A DNA stretch of 64,000 nt from an uncultured Chloroflexia bacterium. GTDB lineage: Bacteria; Chloroflexota; Limnocylindria; QHBO01. A program made the position numbers and the translations under genes. Where the stretch lies: assembly GCA_963825525.1 (NCBI GenBank), contig CAWGTN010000002.1, positions 1,440,001-1,504,000 of the forward strand, written 5' to 3'. Below, piece after piece: positions 56,371 through 64,000 of the stretch. Each line of letters starts with the position of its first letter. Position 1 is the stretch's first letter. The notes below the pieces were generated by a model. The model ran no database searches. It was given only the letters and a program-made list of their open reading frames with translations, and was not told the DNA's origin.

Positions 56371-57333
56371 ATGACGAATCCCACCAATGGCGTGACCCTC
56401 GGCGTCCTGCTCTGGAGCCAGGCCACGACCTGGCCCGATTTCGAACGCGCGGCCATCCGGGTCGACGAGCTCGGCTATGACTCGCTCTGGACGTGGGACC
56501 ACCTCCACGCCATCTTCGGAGACCCGCACCAGCCGATCTTCGAGGGCTACACGACCCTGGCGGCGTGGGCGAAGATCACGGAGCGGGTGCGGCTGGGCCT
56601 GCTGGTCGGCGCGAATACGTTCCGCAACCCGGGACTGGTGGCAAAGTCGGTCACGACCATCGATCACCTGAGCGGCGGGCGGGCGATCATGGGCATCGGC
56701 GGGGCATGGTTCGAGCTCGAGCACCAGGAGCATGGGATCGACTTCGGTGCGAGCCCCGGCCAGCGGCTCACCTGGATGGACGAGTCGGTCGGGGCGCTGC
56801 GAGCGATGCTGGACGGCACGCCGGTGACTTCGCCGGCCGACGGCCGCTACGACTTCGACAAGCTGCGCCAGCATCCGCTGCCCCTGCAGGAGCACCTCCC
56901 GATCATGATCGGCGGCTCAGGCGAGAAGAAGACGCTGCGGACAGTGGCGAAGTACGCCGACATGTGGAACGCCATGGGGAGCATCGAGAAGCTCACGCGC
57001 AAGGACGCGATCCTGCGCGAGCACTGCGAGGCGGTCGGGCGCAACAGCGACGAGATCCTGCGGACGGTCGGGTGCAAGCCGATCATCCGCAACACGGAGG
57101 CCGAGGCTCGGAGCGTGTGGGAGGCCCAGATGGCCCACAATCGCACGCCGATGGAGGACGTGATCGACGACAACACGTTCTGGGTCGGCACGCCGGAGCA
57201 GATCGCCGAGCGCATGATCGGCTGCCGCGACATCGGCTTCTCGACCTTCCTTGCCGAGCTCGCGGCTCCGTTCGACGACGAGACGCTCGAGCGCTGGATC
57301 GGCGAGGTCAAGCCGATGGTCGATCGAGCCTGA
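56371..57333 (+). CDS. LLM-class flavin/F420-dependent oxidoreductase
   Basis: GYDSLWTWDH, FRNPGLVAK, DHLSGGR, IMIGGSGEKKTL. Confidence 0.88.
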   Translation: MTNPTNGVTLGVLLWSQATTWPDFERAAIRVDELGYDSLWTWDHLHAIFGDPHQPIFEGYTTLAAWAKITERVRLGLLVGANTFRNPGLVAKSVTTIDHLSGGRAIMGIGGAWFELEHQEHGIDFGASPGQRLTWMDESVGALRAMLDGTPVTSPADGRYDFDKLRQHPLPLQEHLPIMIGGSGEKKTLRTVAKYADMWNAMGSIEKLTRKDAILREHCEAVGRNSDEILRTVGCKPIIRNTEAEARSVWEAQMAHNRTPMEDVIDDNTFWVGTPEQIAERMIGCRDIGFSTFLAELAAPFDDETLERWIGEVKPMVDRA

Positions 57334-57340
57334 GTCGACC

Positions 57341-58186
57341 TCAGTGAGCGTGGGCTGACGGCTGTCGGCCCACGACCGCGCCCCAGCGATCGTCCCACCA
57401 TGACGGCAGCAGCCCCGCCGACCGAACGGCGGCGAGCATCTGGCGGATATCCGCGTAGGCGTCCGAGTCGATCGGCACAAAGCCGTCGATGCCCGCGGCG
57501 TGGAGGATCGGCCGCGCCAGCGGCTCGCGGTTGAGAGCGATCAATCCGTCACGCACGACCGCCCGCTGATCGTCGCTCAGCCGGCGACGCGAGGCGACCA
57601 CCGGCTGAATGGTCGACGGCCCGAGCGTGTCCACGATCCGGATCCGGCGCCGCAGCGACGGCACCGTGCGGAGCCAGATGGCCAGCACCTGCGAGTCGAT
57701 CGCCGTCCAGTCGGCCCGGCCGTCGATCACCATCCTGAGCGCCTCGTCGTGGAACCCGGCCTCGATCCACTCGCCCAGGAACGACGCCGATTCGCCGCGC
57801 GTGGCGAGGTGGTGGAGCACGACCATGAATCCGGAGTGGCTGAACGGCTCGTTGAAGGCCCATCGGAGCCCCCGGAGGTCACCGAAGTCGTCGACCGGGC
57901 TGCTGGCACGCACCACCACGTCCGAGAAGTAGACCGGACGACCGGCATAGCGCTGACCGCGAAGGATCGGCGCGGCCACGACCTCCATCTGGATGGCTCC
58001 CGATGCCTCGAGCAGCAGGAAGGGGATGCTGCACACGAAGCAGACATCGTCGATGTCCGCAGCGCACCTGCGGTAATCGGCCGCAACCACCAGCTCCGAC
58101 GGCCGAGCCAGCCATTCGCCCATCCTCCGAGCGGCAAACGCGTAGGCCGGCAGCACGCCCGGAGCGAGGTGAGTGGCGATGCGCAT
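57341..58186 (-). CDS. PhnD/SsuA-family substrate-binding protein (no signal peptide seen)
   Basis: PVYFSDVVVR, DLRG.RWAFNEPFSHSG, GRADWTAIDS. Confidence 0.75.
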   Translation of the reverse strand: MRIATHLAPGVLPAYAFAARRMGEWLARPSELVVAADYRRCAADIDDVCFVCSIPFLLLEASGAIQMEVVAAPILRGQRYAGRPVYFSDVVVRASSPVDDFGDLRGLRWAFNEPFSHSGFMVVLHHLATRGESASFLGEWIEAGFHDEALRMVIDGRADWTAIDSQVLAIWLRTVPSLRRRIRIVDTLGPSTIQPVVASRRRLSDDQRAVVRDGLIALNREPLARPILHAAGIDGFVPIDSDAYADIRQMLAAVRSAGLLPSWWDDRWGAVVGRQPSAHAH

Positions 58187-58325
58187 CGGTCGTCGGGGCA
58201 AAGCTTGACTCTCCGCATGCGAAACGGACATCAGCATCGGACTTGCTCGATTGGCGGTCAAGCGCTTTCGACCTCGGCCGCCCTCCGGGGGCACAACCCC
58301 ACATCGGGCTATACTCGGCCTCCCG

Positions 58326-61196
58326 ATGTTCAAGTTCCTGTCCCGTCTTGGGGACTCCAACGAGCGCGAGGTCCGCGCCCTCCAGCCGCTCATCGAACGG
58401 ATCAACGCGCTCGAGCCGGAGATCCAGGCCCTCAGTGATGCGGAGCTCGCCGGCAAGACCGATGCCCTGCGCGCGCGCCTGCGCGATTCGATCGGCGACA
58501 TCATGCTTCCGATCGAGGCCCGCGACACGGACCCCGACGAGGACGCGGCGGACTCGGCGCTGGCCGGCGCGGATGCTGCCGTACTCGCGGATCGGCTGAA
58601 GCGCCAGCGCGAGGCCGAGCTCAGCCAGATCAACGCGGCGCTCGACGAGATCCTTCCCGAGGCCTTCGCCTCGGTCCGCGAGGCGATGGTGCGAGCGCTC
58701 GGAAAGCGCCACTACGACGTTCAGCTCATGGGCGGCGTCGTCCTCCACCGAGGAGCGATCGCCGAACAACGGACCGGTGAGGGCAAGACCTTCGTGGCAC
58801 CCCTGGCCGCGTTCCTCAACGCGCTGGTCGGCCGGGGCGTCCACGTCGTCACCACCAACGACTACCTGGCCAAGCGTGACGCGCAGTGGATCGGCGCGGT
58901 GTTCCATCGGCTGGGAATGAGCGCCGGGAGCGTTCAGAACGCGGGCGCATATCTCTTCGACCCGGACTTTCCGGCCACCGACGAGCGCCTTCGCGACCTG
59001 CGTCCGGTGAGCCGCCAGGAGGCGTACGGCGCGGACGTCACGTATGGCACGAACAACGAGTTCGGCTTCGACTTCCTGCGCGACAACCTCGTCGTCGACC
59101 TCACGGCCCGCGCACAGCGTGGCCACTTCTTCGCCATCGTGGACGAGGTCGACAACATCCTCATCGACGAGGCGCGCACGCCGCTCATCATCAGCGGCAA
59201 CGCCGAGGAGTCGGCCGACAAGTATCTCCAGTTCGCACGCCTCGTCCCTCGGCTGACGGCCGAGGAGGACTACGTCGTCGACGAGAAGTTCAAGCAGGTC
59301 GCGATCAGCGAGGCCGGCACCGACAAGATGGAGAAGTGGCTGGGCGTCGAGAACATGTTCGCCGACGACTTCAGCCTCGCCCGCCACCTCGAGCAGGCCC
59401 TCAAGGCCCAGGTCCTCTACCAGAAGGATCGCGACTACGTGGTGAAGGACGGGGAGGTGATCATCGTCGACGAGTTCACCGGTCGGCTGATGCCCGGCCG
59501 GCGCTGGTCGGAGGGGTTGCACCAGGCGGTCGAGGCCAAGGAGGGGGTCGCCGTCCGCAACGAGCAGCGGACGCTCGCCACCGTGACGTTCCAGAACTAC
59601 TTCCGCATGTACGACAAGCTGTCCGGCATGACCGGTACCGCCGAGACCGAGGCGGAGGAGTTCGCAAAGATCTACGGGCTCGAAGTCGTCGTCATCCCGA
59701 CCCACCGCGACATGATCCGGGCCGACTACGCCGATCTCATCTATGCCAAGCAGAGCGGCAAGTGGAACGCGGTCGTCGACGAGATTGCGGAAGAGCACGA
59801 GAAGGGTCGCCCGGTCCTGGTCGGGACGATCAGCGTCGAGATCAGCGAGATGCTGGGCGATCTCCTGAAACGTCGAGGAATCAAGCACAACGTCCTGAAC
59901 GCGAAGCTCCACGAGCGCGAAGCCGAGGTCATCGCCCAGGCGGGACGATCCGGCGCCGTGACGATCGCGACGAACATGGCTGGCCGCGGCACCGACATCC
60001 TGCTGGGCGGCAACCCGGAGGTGCTCGCCACCGAGATGCTGCACAAGCAGGGGACGAACGTCCTCGAGGCGACGCCGCAGCAGTACGCAGAAGCACTCGC
60101 TGAGGCCGAGCGCGTGTGCGCCGCCGACAAGGAGAAGGTGATCGCCGCCGGCGGCCTGCACATCCTGGGAACCGAGCGCCACGACGCGCGACGCATCGAT
60201 AACCAGCTCCGCGGCCGCGCCGGCCGGCAGGGCGACCCGGGCAGCTCGCGCTTCTACCTGTCGCTCGAGGACGACCTCATGCGCCGATTCGCCAACGACC
60301 GCGTGCAGGGGATCATGCGCACCCTCGGCTTCACCGACGACACGGCGCTCGAGTCGAAGATGGTGAGCAAGACCATCGAGAATGCGCAGACCCGGGTCGA
60401 GGGCTACAACTTCGACACCCGCAAGCACGTCGTCGAGTACGACGACGTGATCAACCGTCAGCGCGAGACGATCTACCGCGAGCGGGACCGGATCCTGCGT
60501 TCCGCGAGCAATGGGCCGACCATCGAGGCCATGCTCGAGGACGAGATCGCCTCGCTGGTTGCCGGGCACACCGCCGCCGAGTACGCGAGCGAATGGAACC
60601 GCGACGGGCTGAGGACGCAGCTGCAGACGATGATCCCGTCCCTCACCGACGCGGACCTGCGGATGATCGAGGATGCCGGCGATCCCGCAACGCTCGTCGA
60701 ATCAATCACCGCGCTGGCCCGGGAGCGGTACGAGAACAAGCGGCGCGAGGTCGGCGAGGAGGGCATCGGTGTCCTGGAGCGGCTGGTCCTGCTGCGCGTC
60801 ATCGACTCGTTGTGGGTCGAGCACCTGACCGCGGTGGACGACATGCGCCGGGGCATCGGGCTGCGGGCCTATTCGCAGCGTGACCCGCTGAACGAGTTCA
60901 AGATCGAGGCGTATCGGATGTTCGACGAGCTGAAGTCGACCATCCGCCACGACGTGACGCACACGATCTTCCGGGTGACCGTCCAGCCCCAGCAGGCAGC
61001 GGCCCGCCCGATGGCACGCAACGTCGTCGAAGGGCGAGCGGCGGTCGGCGCGGGAGCCGCGGGAGCGGGCGCGGCCACCGCCGTCGCAACGGGTGGCAAC
61101 GGCGCGGCAGCGGCACGCAGCGGCCCGAAGATCGGGCGCAACGATCCGTGCTACTGCGGTTCCGGCAAGAAATTCAAGAAATGCCACGGGGCGTGA
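58326..61196 (+). CDS. secA: Preprotein translocase ATPase SecA
   Basis: [52 protein letters not shown]. Confidence 0.97.
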   Translation: MFKFLSRLGDSNEREVRALQPLIERINALEPEIQALSDAELAGKTDALRARLRDSIGDIMLPIEARDTDPDEDAADSALAGADAAVLADRLKRQREAELSQINAALDEILPEAFASVREAMVRALGKRHYDVQLMGGVVLHRGAIAEQRTGEGKTFVAPLAAFLNALVGRGVHVVTTNDYLAKRDAQWIGAVFHRLGMSAGSVQNAGAYLFDPDFPATDERLRDLRPVSRQEAYGADVTYGTNNEFGFDFLRDNLVVDLTARAQRGHFFAIVDEVDNILIDEARTPLIISGNAEESADKYLQFARLVPRLTAEEDYVVDEKFKQVAISEAGTDKMEKWLGVENMFADDFSLARHLEQALKAQVLYQKDRDYVVKDGEVIIVDEFTGRLMPGRRWSEGLHQAVEAKEGVAVRNEQRTLATVTFQNYFRMYDKLSGMTGTAETEAEEFAKIYGLEVVVIPTHRDMIRADYADLIYAKQSGKWNAVVDEIAEEHEKGRPVLVGTISVEISEMLGDLLKRRGIKHNVLNAKLHEREAEVIAQAGRSGAVTIATNMAGRGTDILLGGNPEVLATEMLHKQGTNVLEATPQQYAEALAEAERVCAADKEKVIAAGGLHILGTERHDARRIDNQLRGRAGRQGDPGSSRFYLSLEDDLMRRFANDRVQGIMRTLGFTDDTALESKMVSKTIENAQTRVEGYNFDTRKHVVEYDDVINRQRETIYRERDRILRSASNGPTIEAMLEDEIASLVAGHTAAEYASEWNRDGLRTQLQTMIPSLTDADLRMIEDAGDPATLVESITALARERYENKRREVGEEGIGVLERLVLLRVIDSLWVEHLTAVDDMRRGIGLRAYSQRDPLNEFKIEAYRMFDELKSTIRHDVTHTIFRVTVQPQQAAARPMARNVVEGRAAVGAGAAGAGAATAVATGGNGAAAARSGPKIGRNDPCYCGSGKKFKKCHGA

Positions 61197-61708
61197 GCTC
61201 GCCCGACGCCGCAATCGAGCCGATCGTCATCACCCTCGACCTGCCCGTCGAACCATCGGATGCGTTCGCCGGCTTCACCGAGCAATTCAGGACGTGGTGG
61301 CCGAGCTCGGCCACCTGGTCAGGCGCCAGCCTCGAGTCCATCGGCATCGAGCCGTTCGTCGGCGGATTCTGCTCCGAGCGCGGACCGCATGGGCTGCGGC
61401 TCGACTGGGGACGCGTGACGGCCTGGGAGCCCCCTCGGCACCTGGCGTTCGCATGGCTCATCGGCGCCGATCGAACGCCCGAGCCGAACCCCGCGCACGC
61501 CAGCGTCGTCGATGTGACATTCGAGCCAGCCGACAGAGGATCACGATTGACCCTGACCCATGCCGGCTTCGATCGGCATCGGGGAGACGCGCGTCGCTAT
61601 CGCGAGGCAATGGCATCGGCCGCTGATGGCTGGCCGATGCTGCTCGAGCACTACCGGGCCATCCTTGCGCGTCGCGCGGAAGCCCCGTGGGAGGGGCTCA
61701 CGACCTGA
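61193..61708 (+). CDS. SRPBCC/AHSA1 domain protein
   Basis: F..FT...[16 protein letters not shown]...[14 protein letters not shown]. Confidence 0.82.
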   Translation: MSSPDAAIEPIVITLDLPVEPSDAFAGFTEQFRTWWPSSATWSGASLESIGIEPFVGGFCSERGPHGLRLDWGRVTAWEPPRHLAFAWLIGADRTPEPNPAHASVVDVTFEPADRGSRLTLTHAGFDRHRGDARRYREAMASAADGWPMLLEHYRAILARRAEAPWEGLTT

Positions 61709-61844
61709 CGTTCGGCTCGTCGTCGCCGGCGTCTCCGGGCTCGTTCCCATACCGACGCCGGCGACGCTGCCAGGCCCGGATCGGGAACAGGATGACGGTG
61801 GCCAGGGCAATGAGTCCGACGATGAACAGGAACGGATCGGGCAT
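61698..61844 (-). CDS. Small single-TM protein (48 aa)
   Basis: [48 protein letters not shown]. Confidence 0.55.
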   Translation of the reverse strand: MPDPFLFIVGLIALATVILFPIRAWQRRRRRYGNEPGDAGDDEPNVRS

Positions 61845-61974
61845 GCCACATCATGGCCGATGGATGGGAAGATCGTGCGGGGTTGCGATATCTGAACGAG
61901 TCGCTACGATGAGCACAACGATCGTCGCGAGGTCAATCCGGGCCCCCTCGCGACGCCCATAGGTGGAGGGATTC

Positions 61975-62274
61975 GTGAAGCAACTGACCGCACCACCGAG
62001 AGCCTCTGTTCCGCTCCCCGTCAGCACGGCGGCTCACCTTCCACCGGTCACCCGCTTCCGAGATCCAGAGCTCCCCTACGAAGACCTCATCATGTGTGAG
62101 CGCGACTGCATGCGCTGCACGTATGCGGCAACCCTGAACTGCGACGGCAACTGTGGCGTCTGCCCCCGCCAGAGCTACTGCCCGTGCGTCAACCCGGCCA
62201 AGGTCCGCGCCAAGGGCAACCGCCTGGCAGAGATGGCCGAGCTTCCGATGGCGGTGTCGATTGGACGCAATTAG
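61975..62274 (+). CDS. Small Cys-rich protein with two CxxxCxxC motifs
   Basis: GGAGG RBS before GTG 61975; CERDCMRC...CDGNCGVC...YCPC. Confidence 0.65.
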   Translation: MKQLTAPPRASVPLPVSTAAHLPPVTRFRDPELPYEDLIMCERDCMRCTYAATLNCDGNCGVCPRQSYCPCVNPAKVRAKGNRLAEMAELPMAVSIGRN

Positions 62275-63389
62275 GGACGAGGCGCGGCGGCTCGCTCGCC
62301 TCGTGACCGAGACGTCGGTGCGCCTTTGACCACTCCAGCAAAGAGGCCGAGCTCGCCGACCTGACCGAGCGCTCCGCCGATCCGAACCTCTGGGACGATC
62401 CCGCCGCCGCGCAGTCGCTCATGCGTCGTGCCGAAGAGCTGCGGTCCGAGATCTTGATCTGGCAGACGCTCGGAGAGCGTGCCAGCGGACTCGCCGAGAT
62501 CGCCGAGATGGCCGCCGCCGATCCGGACGAGGCCGAGTCCCTCCGTCCCGATCTCGAGCGCGACCTGGCCGCACTGACCGCCGACTGGGGCCGGCTCGAG
62601 CAGCAGCTCATGCTGGGCGAGCCCTTCGACGAGCGCGGGGCCATCGTCTCGATCCATGCCGGCGCGGGGGGCACCGAGGGCCAGGACTGGACGGAGATGC
62701 TGCTGCGCATGTACCTGCGCTGGGCCGAGCGTCACGGGTTCAAGACGGAGATCCTCGAGGCCACCGAGGGCGAGGGGGCGGGCCTCAAGAGCGTCAGCTT
62801 CAGCATCGACGGCCGCTGGGTCTACGGACAGCTGCGCAGCGAGCGCGGCGTGCATCGGCTGGTCCGGATCAGTCCCTTCGACTCACAGAAGCGACGCCAC
62901 ACGACGTTCGCGCTCGTCGAGATCATGCCCGAGGTTCCCGAGGACGCGGCCATCGAGATCGATGACAAGGACCTGCGCGTCGACACCTACCGCGCCAGCG
63001 GCGCGGGCGGACAGCACGTCAACAAGACGGACAGCGCGGTTCGGCTCACGCACGAGCCCACCGGCATCGTGGTCGCCGTCCAGAGCGAACGGAGCCAGCA
63101 TCAGAATCGCGAGCGGGCGATGGCCGTCCTCCGCGCCCGGCTGATCGAGCGCCAGGAGCAGGAGCGCGAGGCCGAGATGGCCCGGCTCCGCGGCGAGCAC
63201 GTCGAGGCCGGCTGGGGCAACCAGATCCGCTCGTACGTCCTCCAGCCATACACCATGGTGAAGGACCTGCGGACCGGCGTGGAAACCTCGAACCCGACCG
63301 CCGTGCTCGACGGCGAGCTCGACGCGTTCATCGATGGCTACCTGCGCTCCCGCGTCGGCCAGGCCGAGGGCTCGGCATCGGCCGGGTGA
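62261..63389 (+). CDS. prfB: Peptide chain release factor 2 with programmed +1 frameshift
   Basis: TTG 62261 MDAIRDEARRLARLVTETSVRL, then CTT-TGA-C at 62324-62330; +1 frame DHSSKE...LWDDP; SPF and GGQ motifs. Confidence 0.93.
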
Positions 63390-63414
63390 TCTCCGCTACC
63401 ATCGCGCCGAGCCG

Positions 63415-64000
63415 ATGACATCCCTTCTGCGCCGCCGGACACGCCCCGAGCCAGCCGAGGCGTCGGTCATCCACATGGTCGATGTCGGCATGACCTACCC
63501 GAACGGGAAGGTCGCACTCGCCGACGTCAACGTCCTCATCCCCCGGGGAGACTTCGTCTTCCTGGTCGGCCCGTCAGGCGCCGGGAAGAGCACGTTCATC
63601 CGCCTCCTCATCCGGGAGCAGGTTCCGACCACGGGCACGGTGCGGGTCGCGGGGCGTGATCTCGTCCGCATGCGCCGCCGTCACGTGCCGGCGCTGCGCC
63701 GCCGAATCGGGATCGTGTTCCAGGACTTCCGCCTGCTTCCCAACAAGACGGTGGGCGAGAACGTCGCCTTCGCGCTCGACGTGACGGGCGCGCCGGGCTC
63801 GATCATCCGGAAGCGCGTCCCGCAGCTGCTCAGCCTCGTCGGTCTCCAGGATCACGCCCACCACCTGCCCACCCAGCTGTCGGGTGGAGAGCAGCAGCGC
63901 ACGGCCATCGCGCGGGCGCTGGTCCACGATCCGGCCATCCTCATCGCCGACGAGCCGACCGGCAACCTCGATCCGGTGACCAGCTGGGAGATCATCCAGC
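63415..64000 (+). CDS. ftsE: Cell division ABC ATPase FtsE (truncated by the window end)
   Basis: [52 protein letters not shown]; follows prfB. Confidence 0.92.
   Translation, partial: MTSLLRRRTRPEPAEASVIHMVDVGMTYPNGKVALADVNVLIPRGDFVFLVGPSGAGKSTFIRLLIREQVPTTGTVRVAGRDLVRMRRRHVPALRRRIGIVFQDFRLLPNKTVGENVAFALDVTGAPGSIIRKRVPQLLSLVGLQDHAHHLPTQLSGGEQQRTAIARALVHDPAILIADEPTGNLDPVTSWEIIQ

Noticed and set aside
61914-61946. Fifth copy of the pilin promoter motif (GCGAGGTCAATCCGG resembles promoter B)
   Set aside because: No first half-site and no TAnnnT at +8; better explained as one arm of a local hairpin

Overview
High-GC bacterial chromosomal window. The gene content and order suggest Chloroflexota, possibly Limnocylindria (inference). 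About 52 kb is mostly housekeeping: comF-hpf, nfo, mreB, nei, murA, the full atp operon, glyA, rpiB-tsaC-prmC-prfA, rpmE-rpmA-rplU, rodA-mrdA-mreD, parAB with parS sites and a DnaA box, gyrBA, prs, secA, prfB with its programmed +1 frameshift, and ftsE. The first 12 kb holds four separate TadE-TadE-TadG minor-pilin cassettes with different C-terminal domains (PASTA-like, PKD, large beta-rich). Each cassette is preceded by the same 33-bp promoter architecture, GYAAG-N7-GCAAGGT-N8-TANNNT. Two families of intergenic inverted-repeat elements are present. One is tied to the 3' end of an XRE-HTH/PD-(D/E)XK nuclease gene and recurs without a gene 3.7 kb away. The other is a ~178-bp four-arm element with fixed 16/50/16-nt spacing, found inside the atp operon and upstream of prs. 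Several single-base frameshifts, including in glyA and rplU, look like sequencing or assembly indels. I saw no rRNA, tRNA, CRISPR array or transposase.
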